Assembly: GCA_964493715.1 (NCBI GenBank)
Contig: CAZBPC010000050.1
Location: forward strand, 1-23,694
DNA: 23,694 nt
DNA from: an uncultured archaeon
GTDB lineage: Archaea; Asgardarchaeota; Lokiarchaeia; Sigyniarchaeales; SOKP01
Reading direction: 5' to 3'
Shown piece by piece: positions 9,025-17,480 of this stretch. The notes under the pieces were generated by a model. It ran no database searches. It was given only the letters and a program-made list of their open reading frames with translations, and was not told where the DNA came from. The position numbers and the translations under genes were made by a program. Positions within the stretch are counted from its first letter, which is position 1. Each line of letters begins with the position of its first letter.

Positions 9025-9861
9025 TTAAAGTTTCAAGATTTCGTTAATCTTCTCTAATCTTTTTTCTCTTGATAGACTCTCTTTTACAGGGTTTAGTGTA
9101 CCATATAAACTCTTGTGATAAACTTCTCGTGTTTCTTCATAGAAAATTCCTATTGTGAATCGATGTTTTTCTCTCGCAATCTTCAAAGCTTCTTCTTTTG
9201 AGTAAGGTTCATTATCCAAATTATCTATTTCATCTTTGTATTCCTCCCATTTATGATAGGGAACGGCTGGTTGGATAACTTCTATAAAAGAAAAGCCTTC
9301 ATGTTCTATGGCTCTAACGAGAGTGCTAGTTAAATTATTAATATCGCCTGAATAGCATCTTGCAACAAATGTAGCCCCAACTTCTATCATTAATGATATC
9401 GCATTAAAAGGATTTTCAATACTTCCCCTTGGAGTTGATGGACCTTTCCATCCTTGTTCTGTTAATGGAGAGAATTGACCAGTGGTTAAAGCATAAACAC
9501 CATTATTATGTAAAACCATGGTAATGTCTTGATTTCTTTTTGCTGCAAAAATAGTATGAGCTAAACCCTCTCCTAAGCCATTTCCATCACCAGAAAAGGT
9601 CACCACCTTCAAATCAGGATTTGCAATCTTTATTCCCTCAGCATTAGAACTATTCCGACCATGCAATCCATAAACTCCACTTAGGTTAAGATAATCGAAA
9701 ATTTTGGCGTGGCATCCTATTCCTGCTGTCATGATTATATCCTCACGTTTGAAACCTTTTTGTTCTAGCAATGGAATTGCGTTTCTTATGGCTGTAAAAA
9801 TACTGAAGTTCCCACAACCTTCGCACCATGTAATTTCAGCATTGGTTTTAAGATCTTTCAT
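9025..9861 (-). CDS. korB: 2-oxoacid:ferredoxin oxidoreductase beta subunit (TPP-binding)
   Basis: WCEGCGN, GIGCH, LHGR and GDG...NNGVYALTTGQFSP motifs. Start at ATG 9861 after SD GGAGGTG at the end of the alpha gene; the ORF-track start at 9924 is too long. Confidence 0.88.
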   Translation of the reverse strand: MKDLKTNAEITWCEGCGNFSIFTAIRNAIPLLEQKGFKREDIIMTAGIGCHAKIFDYLNLSGVYGLHGRNSSNAEGIKIANPDLKVVTFSGDGNGLGEGLAHTIFAAKRNQDITMVLHNNGVYALTTGQFSPLTEQGWKGPSTPRGSIENPFNAISLMIEVGATFVARCYSGDINNLTSTLVRAIEHEGFSFIEVIQPAVPYHKWEEYKDEIDNLDNEPYSKEEALKIAREKHRFTIGIFYEETREVYHKSLYGTLNPVKESLSREKRLEKINEILKL

Positions 9862-9862
9862 C

Positions 9863-11527
9863 TTAATCAAGCACCTCCTTAATCTTTTTTGATAATTCAA
9901 TTGGATCAAATGGTCTTCCATCATATCGCTTAATTGTGGTTTTTATTTTGATTCCTGCTTTTTCAGATAAAAGTGTCGAAAATTGTCCCGAAATACTTTG
10001 TTCAACTACTATATTATCTTGATCTTTAAATTCCTCTAATTCCCATATTGGTAATGGACTTAGATATATAGGTTGAATGATGGTCGGATTTAATCTTCCA
10101 TATTTAATTGCTTCCAATACACTCATGTAAGTGGAGCCATAAGCAAAAATGTTTGTGGAATGCTCTCCACGGATAATATTGACAGTTTTTTTATTTTTTA
10201 AATAATTTTTAAGGGCTTGAACCTTCTTATTTCGTTTTTCATGCATTTGTGAAACCATCACTGCATTTTCAGTAGTGATACCTAATTCATCGTGTTCATA
10301 GCTGTTCCATTTGATGACCTCTTTAGAGGGTGGAAAGAGCAACGGAGAAATGCCGTCTTCAGTATCGAGATATCTCTTATAATCTCCACCTTGATGCATC
10401 TTAGGTTCTGTCCAAGTAGCTTTCCCAATATCTAAATCAATAGTCATGCTGCTTTCCGATAAATGTTTATCAACAAGTAGTATTCCGGGAGTTTGGAACT
10501 TCCAAACAAGATCTAACATTTCTGCAGTTAAATAATATCCCTCTTCAATCGTTCCTGGAGATGCTACTATTCGTAAAAAGTCACCATGCCCAACAGATAG
10601 GGCAAAACTTAGATCAGCTTGTTCGGTGTATGTAGGGACTCCCGTGGCAGGTCCAGGACGCATGGATAGTACACATAAAATAGGGGTTTCTGTCATACCT
10701 GCCAGGGAAATACCTTCGGTCATGAGTGCAAAACCTCCACCACTAGTTCCTACCATCGATCTTGCTCCAGTAAATGCAGAACCAATAGCCATATTAATTA
10801 CCGCAAGTTCGCTTTCAGCATGAACGACTGCTAATCCAAAATTTTCTGCTTGTCTTGCTAAAAAGTGTAATATTGATGAAGCTGGTGTCATAGGATATCC
10901 AAAATATGTATTCAACCCCCCAGCTATAGCTCCAAGACTTATTGCTTCATTTCCCGTAATGATTGGTCTTCTTTTTTGACCATCACTCAATAAAAATTTG
11001 CCATGACATTTTTCTTTTACCATATCATAGAAGGTATCTGCAAATTTAATGTTATCTTCGATACCACTCGGATATTGCTCTTTTATAATCTGATTCATTT
11101 GATCTTTTCTGAAGCCTATTGCTGATGCTAAAATTGCCACTGCCCCCACACCAAACATCAATTTTTTCAGGGGATATTTTTTAGCTTCTGAACTTAACGG
11201 AATGCCAATCCCGTTAATATTTTCCACTTCGTCTGAATTATAGATAACAATACCCCCATCAGCAATATCATCAATGTGCATATCACAACTTCGCTTGTCA
11301 AAATTGATCACAAGGTTTGCTTTCATATATTGACTTGTAATCCAACGAGAAGAAGTGCTTACAACAGAAAAATTATGACCTCCACGGATGAGACTCATAT
11401 AATCATCCATTTGAAACACATGAAGACCTAAACTGGAAAAAATGTTTGCGGCAACTGATCCCGCTTTTTTCACTCCTTCACCGGCTTTTCCTCCAACCAA
11501 AAATGTAAAAACATCATTAATCATCAT
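9863..11527 (-). CDS. korA: 2-oxoacid:acceptor oxidoreductase alpha subunit (gamma-alpha fusion)
   Basis: N-terminal gamma domain (GGKAGEGV, IRGGHN), then TGNEA, GYPMTPAS, ESELA, TSGGGFALMTE, RPGPATGVPT and GHGD. Substrate cannot be determined from sequence. Confidence 0.9.
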   Translation of the reverse strand: MMINDVFTFLVGGKAGEGVKKAGSVAANIFSSLGLHVFQMDDYMSLIRGGHNFSVVSTSSRWITSQYMKANLVINFDKRSCDMHIDDIADGGIVIYNSDEVENINGIGIPLSSEAKKYPLKKLMFGVGAVAILASAIGFRKDQMNQIIKEQYPSGIEDNIKFADTFYDMVKEKCHGKFLLSDGQKRRPIITGNEAISLGAIAGGLNTYFGYPMTPASSILHFLARQAENFGLAVVHAESELAVINMAIGSAFTGARSMVGTSGGGFALMTEGISLAGMTETPILCVLSMRPGPATGVPTYTEQADLSFALSVGHGDFLRIVASPGTIEEGYYLTAEMLDLVWKFQTPGILLVDKHLSESSMTIDLDIGKATWTEPKMHQGGDYKRYLDTEDGISPLLFPPSKEVIKWNSYEHDELGITTENAVMVSQMHEKRNKKVQALKNYLKNKKTVNIIRGEHSTNIFAYGSTYMSVLEAIKYGRLNPTIIQPIYLSPLPIWELEEFKDQDNIVVEQSISGQFSTLLSEKAGIKIKTTIKRYDGRPFDPIELSKKIKEVLD

Positions 11528-11715
11528 GATATATACCTTAATTTATGTTTGATAATTGATTTAAGAAATATCTATCAAATTAACAGTTCTTGAATATTAT
11601 TTAAACATATGTCTTATAATCTCTTAATATTCTATTAAAAAGCCTGTTACAACCAATAATTAGTAACAGAATCATAATAAAGATTATTAAAAATAAATTC
11701 TTAATATTGCTTATT

Positions 11716-12726
11716 ATGAAACAATTTCATTTAAAAATCGTTTATTACATAGGAATTGCAATATCATTAATATTTATGCTATTGATCTTGAATTTTGGAG
11801 GTTTTACTCTTGATATTACAACTCTGATCTTCTTTTACGCTATTAAATTTCTAGCAGGATTTGGTTTAATCATAAGTATAGCGAATGGATTTTTAATACT
11901 GTTAGATAAAGCAAGTGAAAAAATGGGTAAAAGATCAACTAACATCGTAGTAATCTTGGAAATCATAATACCATTTGTATTTATTGGATATGCAATATAT
12001 CAGATTATAACAAGTTATTTTCAGAATTCCTTATTTTCGGCAGGAACATTACCTTTGATAATAGATATCATTATGTATGTTTATGGAATACTCACACTCC
12101 TATTGAATTTATACATATTACCTTTAATAAAAGACGCTTTTTATAAAGGAGTAGAATTGAGTAAATTTGTAGGGTTTAAAAAAAGAGCAAAAAGCGCATC
12201 AAGAAAAGTAAAAAAGAAATATTATGCTCTAAGAGGAGAATTCGCTAAGCTAGAAAAACAGGATCATTTGTCAATAAGAGATTTATTAGGTGCATGGAGA
12301 AATAAATTTGCGGTTAATTTCCTGATCATTATTGCTTTAGGTTCACTTATTTTCACTCCAATTACGTTCATTTGTGTAATGTATTGGTTAAGATTATATG
12401 TACTTTTTAGAATAGAAAGGAAAAACTATGAGAGAATCGCTTTACTAATTGGAATATCTATCGTTGGATTAATTGCTCTGATCGCTCCATTTTTAAATTT
12501 ACCATTCTATGTGGCAATTTCACAATATTTCTGGACGATAAACATTTCCTACTTGTTAGGAATAATATTAGCATCATTTATATTTCTTAAGAGATTGCTC
12601 AGTTTACGTGGAATCACAATCCAAAAATTCAAATTGAAAAAAAGAGAGAGAAAAATTGATAAATTAGAGCAAGAAAATGTGGACCTTAAAGAACAACTTG
12701 AAAATAAAACTGAAAATGTAAATTGA
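11716..12726 (+). CDS. Uncharacterised polytopic membrane protein with basic loop and C-terminal coiled coil
   Basis: About 7-8 hydrophobic segments, a K/R-rich loop and a KIDKLEQENVDLKEQLE tail. ATG 11716 preferred over TTG 11707. Confidence 0.75.
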   Translation: MKQFHLKIVYYIGIAISLIFMLLILNFGGFTLDITTLIFFYAIKFLAGFGLIISIANGFLILLDKASEKMGKRSTNIVVILEIIIPFVFIGYAIYQIITSYFQNSLFSAGTLPLIIDIIMYVYGILTLLLNLYILPLIKDAFYKGVELSKFVGFKKRAKSASRKVKKKYYALRGEFAKLEKQDHLSIRDLLGAWRNKFAVNFLIIIALGSLIFTPITFICVMYWLRLYVLFRIERKNYERIALLIGISIVGLIALIAPFLNLPFYVAISQYFWTINISYLLGIILASFIFLKRLLSLRGITIQKFKLKKRERKIDKLEQENVDLKEQLENKTENVN

Positions 12727-12874
12727 AAAAATAGATTTTGTAAAAAAAAAATAAATGAATAAAAACCGTCTCGAAGATGGTACACAAATGGATTAAGATT
12801 AGACATTACTATTATGACTCTCTTTATAATTCATATACTAAATTTTTTAAAATACAATTCTTTCTAATTCTTAA

Positions 12875-12902
12875 TTTTAAAATGTAATTTTACTAGTAAA
12901 AT
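12875..12902 (+). promoter_or_regulatory. Putative TATA box (TTTTAAAA) followed by a 16-bp perfect palindrome ATTTTACTAGTAAAAT, upstream of mvhD
   Basis: TTTTAAAA at 12875-12882 and the palindrome at 12887-12902, with the mvhD ATG at 12913. Function is inferred from position. Confidence 0.45.
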
Positions 12903-12912
12903 AGCACATATC

Positions 12913-13335
12913 ATGACAGAAAGTGAATTTAACCCATATATCCTAGGTATATGTTGTAATTGGTGCACGTATGCCGGTGCTGATCAAGCAGGAACTTCTC
13001 GAATGCAACGCCCGGCAAATCTTCGGATCATGAGAGTAATGTGTGGTGGCAGGATTGAACCGCAGTTTATTCTGGATGCATTGATGAATGGAGCTGATGG
13101 AGTGTTAATAAGTCATTGCCATAAGGGGGATTGCCATTACGTTACGGGAAATCTCAAGACATTTGGAAAAATGGCATTATTGGATCGGTACTTGACTCAA
13201 TATGGTATCAATCCTAAGCGAGTATATTACACTCAGATATCCGCTTCTGAAGGTGCTGAATTAACTGAGGTAGTAGAAAAGTTCGTGCACGTATTAAAGG
13301 AATTAGGACCAAATCCAATTAAAAAAGAGGCATAA
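12913..13335 (+). CDS. mvhD: F420-non-reducing hydrogenase delta subunit / HdrA-associated [2Fe-2S] protein (MvhD/FlpD family)
   Basis: CCNWCTYAGADQAG, RVMCGGRI, GADGV, CHKGDCHYVTGN, ISASEG and LGPNP motifs. All ligands are Cys codons. Confidence 0.93.
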   Translation: MTESEFNPYILGICCNWCTYAGADQAGTSRMQRPANLRIMRVMCGGRIEPQFILDALMNGADGVLISHCHKGDCHYVTGNLKTFGKMALLDRYLTQYGINPKRVYYTQISASEGAELTEVVEKFVHVLKELGPNPIKKEA

Positions 13336-13339
13336 AACC

Positions 13340-13597
13340 ATGCAAATTTATGAATTAAAGATTAATAGAAACACATGCACTGGTTGTAATGTATGTGTTG
13401 TATCATGCCCAATAAATTTTAATCAGTTGAGGAAACAGAGCTTTTTGAACGAGAGCAATGCTGTTATTTTAGTGAAAAACGGAATAGCAGGACCGATTTA
13501 TAAAACTGAGAGAGAAATAAATTGTGATGGTTGCGGTGTATGCGTGAAAATGTGCCCGCAAGTTGCAATCAGAATTGAAATTATGGAGGGAAGGTAA
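13340..13597 (+). CDS. fwdG: 2x[4Fe-4S] ferredoxin, formylmethanofuran dehydrogenase subunit G-like
   Basis: CTGCNVCVVSCP and CDGCGVCVKMCP in 85 aa, within the fwd operon. SD GAGG. Confidence 0.78.
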   Translation: MQIYELKINRNTCTGCNVCVVSCPINFNQLRKQSFLNESNAVILVKNGIAGPIYKTEREINCDGCGVCVKMCPQVAIRIEIMEGR

Positions 13598-13601
13598 AAA
13601 A

Positions 13602-14312
13602 ATGTCATTTCCAAAAATATCTAGAACTTTAAATCAAGAAGAGGAACATGTTAGAGTTCAATTTTTAACAGAAAGCTTAGAACTTATTTTAAATAGGGTA
13701 AAGTGTGTAGGATGCGGAACTTGCGCTCGAGTATGTCCCAAGGAAGCAATCTCCCGAGGACCTGTAGGAGCATCACGAAGATTTCCTGCTACTGGAGATA
13801 TAATACCTGAAGTATACAATCCTCACAAGTGTGTCTTCTGTGGAACCTGTGTGGTCATGTGTCCCTTTTCAGCATTGACATTGGTTAAAGATGGAGAAGT
13901 AATAAATTTAGAGGATATTCCGATTGTTGCTCAAAAGGTCGTACCAAAACTAGAGTTTAAAGCAAAGAAACTCAAAAATGATAGGATAGCAAAACAATAC
14001 GCTAAAGCAATTGTAAGTATTATTGATGACGTATGTGCTAAAGGATGTGGATCGTGTGCTGAAGTTTGCCCCTCTGGGACGATTGAAATAGCAAAAAGGC
14101 CCGAGCATGGTTGGGAAATGTCTAAAAATGTCGAAGTTGTTGATCCAGATGCTTGTGTAGCATGTGGAGCTTGCGATAATGCATGTCCTACAGGCGCGCT
14201 ACAACTTGAAATCACTGAAATAAATACATCAGGAGAATTTAGTGAACTATTTTGGCCTCCATTAGTCAAAAGACTTAAAAATCTTCGATGGTCAAAAAAG
14301 GAGGGAGTATGA
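13602..14312 (+). CDS. fwdF: Polyferredoxin with 4 cluster motifs, formylmethanofuran dehydrogenase subunit F-like
   Basis: CVGCGTCARVCP, CVFCGTCVVMCP, CAKGCGSCAEVCP and CVACGACDNACP. Start at ATG 13602, just after the fwdG stop. Confidence 0.78.
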   Translation: MSFPKISRTLNQEEEHVRVQFLTESLELILNRVKCVGCGTCARVCPKEAISRGPVGASRRFPATGDIIPEVYNPHKCVFCGTCVVMCPFSALTLVKDGEVINLEDIPIVAQKVVPKLEFKAKKLKNDRIAKQYAKAIVSIIDDVCAKGCGSCAEVCPSGTIEIAKRPEHGWEMSKNVEVVDPDACVACGACDNACPTGALQLEITEINTSGEFSELFWPPLVKRLKNLRWSKKEGV

Positions 14313-14313
14313 A

Positions 14314-14715
14314 ATGAGTTTAACAAATTTAATATTGTTAACGGGACGTACGATTAATCAAGGAGTTGCGCTTGAAGGAGGTAAGGTCACGAAAGAAAAT
14401 GTTCGCGCAGCAGGAATTTGTACATTCGATAAAGATGATTTTAAAAAGTTAGACTGTATTGCGGGCACGCCTGTAAAGGTCACAACCGATTTTGGAGAAG
14501 TCATGGTGTATTCAACTATCACCGAGGAAGGACCACACCCCGGAATCATTTTTATTCCAATGGGTCCTTGGAGTAACCAAGTTGTCAATCCAGACACGCA
14601 AGGATGTGGGACTCCCACGTATAAAGGCATGAAAGCCAAGGTTGAAACCGTGAAAGATGGAAGGGTTTTAGATGCAATAGAATTAATAGGAAAATTAAAG
14701 GAGGTTCAGAAATGA
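14314..14715 (+). CDS. fwdD: Formylmethanofuran dehydrogenase subunit D (molybdopterin dinucleotide-binding)
   Basis: LLTGRTINQG, GIIFIPMGPWSN and GCGTPTYKG motifs. ATGA overlap with fwdB. Confidence 0.92.
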   Translation: MSLTNLILLTGRTINQGVALEGGKVTKENVRAAGICTFDKDDFKKLDCIAGTPVKVTTDFGEVMVYSTITEEGPHPGIIFIPMGPWSNQVVNPDTQGCGTPTYKGMKAKVETVKDGRVLDAIELIGKLKEVQK

Positions 14716-16034
14716 CCCAAAAGAAAATTACTACCCATTATGATGTTCTTTGCCCTTTTTGTGGGACATTATGCGATGATTTGGAAGTAGATATTGCAGA
14801 TAATGAAATTATAGAAATGAGAAATTCGTGTCAAATAGGAACAAAGAAATTTTTTTCATCGAATCCAAGCGGGCATAGATACCTAAAACCCCAAATTAAA
14901 GAAAAGGGTACTTTTAGGGATGCAACTTGGGATGAGGCCCTTGATAAAGCAGCCGATATTTTAATCAAGGCGAAGAGACCATTACTTTATGGATTTTCAA
15001 GTACCGAATGTGAAGCGCAAGGTGTAGGAGCAGAATTAGCAGAATATTTAAGGGCGATTTTAGATAATACCGCCTCAGTATGTCATGGACCCTCATTATT
15101 AGCGATTCAAGATGTTGGTGCTCCATTATCAACTTTAGGAGAGTACAAAAATAGAGCAGATTTAGTAATATTTTGGGGTAGCAATCCAGTTCATGCCCAT
15201 CCAAGACATTTAAGTCGATATAGTGATTACGTACGAGGGTATTTTAGAAAAGATGGAAGAAATGATCGATATATTGTAGTTGTTGATCCTCGGAATACTC
15301 ACACGGCTCAGATTGCCGACTTATATATAAAGGTTAACCCTAATGAAGATTATGAGCTCCTAAATGCCATAAGAGCAGTATTGAGGGGCGTAGAATTGGA
15401 TGCTAAGGAAGTATCAGGAGTACCGATGGAAGATATCAAGAAATTAGTCGATATACTTAAAAAGTGCCATTTTGGTGTCATATTTTTTGGTATGGGGCTT
15501 ACTCAAACAATATCTCATCATAGAAACATTGATAGTGCAATTTGTTTAGTACGAGAATTAAATGATCACACTAAATTTCTCTTAACTCCAATGAGAGGGC
15601 ATTATAACGTTGCGGGTGCCAATCAAGTCTTCACTTGGAACACGGGATATGCTTACTCAATCGATTTTTCGCGAGAGTATGCCAGATATAATCCTGGTGA
15701 ATTTTCCTCTGTAGATCTCCTAATGAATGATGAGGTTGATGCAACTCTAATCGTGGCATCAGATCCAGCAAGTAATTTTCCTGCAGGTGCTGTCAGGAAC
15801 ATGTTCAAACACCCAATAATTGCAATTGAACCACATCACACGCCTACTTCTGTGTATGCGGATGTAATTCTACCTCCAGCATTTGCCGGCATTGAATGTG
15901 AAGGAACAGCTTACCGAATGGATAAAGTCCCTCTCAGACTCAGAAAGGTAAAAGATGCTCCCGTGGATTGTTTACCGGATAAAGAAATATTAGAACGTTT
16001 ATTAGAAAAAGTAAAAGCGAAGGAGGGCAAGTGA
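14712..16034 (+). CDS. fwdB: Formylmethanofuran dehydrogenase subunit B (W/Mo-bisPGD catalytic subunit)
   Basis: CPFCGTLCDD...C [4Fe-4S] motif, metal-ligand Cys in DNTASVCHGPS, then KNRAD, WGSNP.HAHPRH.SRY, MRGHYNV and GTAYRMD. Confidence 0.95.
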   Translation: MTQKKITTHYDVLCPFCGTLCDDLEVDIADNEIIEMRNSCQIGTKKFFSSNPSGHRYLKPQIKEKGTFRDATWDEALDKAADILIKAKRPLLYGFSSTECEAQGVGAELAEYLRAILDNTASVCHGPSLLAIQDVGAPLSTLGEYKNRADLVIFWGSNPVHAHPRHLSRYSDYVRGYFRKDGRNDRYIVVVDPRNTHTAQIADLYIKVNPNEDYELLNAIRAVLRGVELDAKEVSGVPMEDIKKLVDILKKCHFGVIFFGMGLTQTISHHRNIDSAICLVRELNDHTKFLLTPMRGHYNVAGANQVFTWNTGYAYSIDFSREYARYNPGEFSSVDLLMNDEVDATLIVASDPASNFPAGAVRNMFKHPIIAIEPHHTPTSVYADVILPPAFAGIECEGTAYRMDKVPLRLRKVKDAPVDCLPDKEILERLLEKVKAKEGK

Positions 16035-16849
16035 AAATGGCGGAAGTCAAGCTGAAACTGAAAAAGAAACCAAAATTTCCCTTAGAAGCAGATAGTATTA
16101 CTCCAGATAATTTTGCGGGTAAAACACTTGCTGAAATTAAAAAACTTCCTTTATATCATGCTAGAGAATTGGTAACTATTGGAGATTTCTTCGATGTTTC
16201 CGGTAAGGCAGAAGATGTGGCCAATACTAAAATAATTATTGATGGCGATGTTTCAAACGTCAAAAGAATTGGAGAAAAAATGACGGGGGGAGAAATCATC
16301 ATAAATAGCGACGTTGGTATGCATGTTGGGAATACCATGTCCGGAGGAAAAATCCTAGTGAAAGGAAGTGCCGACGATTGGGCAGGCGCAATGCTCCAAG
16401 GTGGTGAATTAGAAATTGAAGGAAACGCAGGTCATTATGTTGGTTCAGCGTACCGTGGATTCTGGCAAGGGATGAAAAATGGAACAATACGTGTACAAGG
16501 TAAAGTTGGTAATGAATCAATGTTATGGGCTAAAAGCTCAAAACCGGCAAATAAGTGGCCAACTCTATATTGTGGGGGTGCAAGTTCCTTTTTAGGCTTA
16601 CACAATCATGGAGGCACGATGGTGGTTGATGGTGATGTAGATCGATGCATTGGAGCTGATCAGGTTCGAGGGATTATTGTTGTAAAAGGAAAAATTTCCA
16701 GAATGCTCCCCTCTTTCAAGAAGTTGGATGAAGTCAACGAAATTACACTTCCTAATGGGGAAATAATTACCGGAAAATTTGCTCAATATAGTGGAGATCA
16801 TTCAGTAAGTAAAGAAACAGATGGCAGACTTTACGTTGCAATTAAATGA
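16031..16849 (+). CDS. fwdC: Formylmethanofuran dehydrogenase subunit C (GXGXG beta-helix)
   Basis: PLEADSITPD and DFFDV, with repeated G..M.GG.I.V.G units and GSAYRG. Start GTG 16031 (GTGA overlap, SD GGAGG) or ATG 16037. Confidence 0.93.
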   Translation: MKMAEVKLKLKKKPKFPLEADSITPDNFAGKTLAEIKKLPLYHARELVTIGDFFDVSGKAEDVANTKIIIDGDVSNVKRIGEKMTGGEIIINSDVGMHVGNTMSGGKILVKGSADDWAGAMLQGGELEIEGNAGHYVGSAYRGFWQGMKNGTIRVQGKVGNESMLWAKSSKPANKWPTLYCGGASSFLGLHNHGGTMVVDGDVDRCIGADQVRGIIVVKGKISRMLPSFKKLDEVNEITLPNGEIITGKFAQYSGDHSVSKETDGRLYVAIK

Positions 16850-16850
16850 T

Positions 16851-16868
16851 CTTTTTTATATTATTTTC
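16851..16868 (+). terminator. Possible oligo(T) archaeal terminator of the mvhD-fwd operon
   Basis: CTTTTTTATATTATTTTC immediately after the fwdC TGA; the next gene is convergent. Confidence 0.4.
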
Positions 16869-17003
16869 TATAATTTAAAACGAAATTGAAAAATATTTCA
16901 TCTTATTCTTTTACCAAAATTTTTCTTTCAGTCAAAAGACTTAAAGTAATTGGTAAATATCTAAATAAATTTCATTTAACAAAGAAAAAAAATTAAGGAT
17001 TCC

Positions 17004-17480
17004 TTACCCAACGATAAAAACATCACAAGATACGTGGTTTATAACTTTTCCAGCAATAGAACCAGTTAGTATTTCTTCAAGACGAGAATGAGTGCCCTTT
17101 CTGCCGATGATAACAAGATCAACTTGCTCCTCCTTTACCATTTTTTGAATATATGAAAAAGGCCCTTGATCATAAATTAAATAATCTTCAATTTCAATTC
17201 CTTCTTCCTTAAAAACTTTCCTCGCGGAATCTATAAGCCCTTGAGCATTTTTTTCGTATACTTCTTTTATTTTTTCTATTTTTAGACTTGAATCGATATA
17301 CATCTGAGGAAGAGTAAAAAATGGTTGAGCAATAAACATGCCACTTGGCTCAATATAATGTTCCACAGAATGAAACACGATTATTTTACATTTATATAGC
17401 GAATGAAGTTCTACTCCTTTAAGCATTGCATTATAAGAATGCTCCGATCCATCAATTCCAATTAATATTTTCTTATAAAT
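17004..17480 (-). CDS. Universal stress protein (UspA family), about 158 aa
   Basis: Extending the ORF 18 codons upstream of ATG 17426 gives (I)YKKILIGIDGSEHSYNA, the canonical USP N-terminus. The C-terminus has DLVIIGRKG...GSIAGKVINHVSCDVFIV. Start inferred at ATT 17480. Confidence 0.9.
   Translation of the reverse strand: MYKKILIGIDGSEHSYNAMLKGVELHSLYKCKIIVFHSVEHYIEPSGMFIAQPFFTLPQMYIDSSLKIEKIKEVYEKNAQGLIDSARKVFKEEGIEIEDYLIYDQGPFSYIQKMVKEEQVDLVIIGRKGTHSRLEEILTGSIAGKVINHVSCDVFIVG

Noticed and set aside
12755-12796. Hairpin ACCGTCT-CGA-AGATGGT and a 13-codon ORF upstream of mvhD (possible riboswitch or leader)
   Set aside because: A single short stem with no following U-tract or aptamer features. 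It lies upstream of the more plausible TATA box at 12875.
12913-16034. Selenocysteine recoding in MvhD/VhuD or FwdB/FwuB
   Set aside because: The relevant positions are TGT/TGC codons and there is no internal TGA. The terminal TGAs fall at normal protein ends, and no convincing SECIS-like hairpin was seen.
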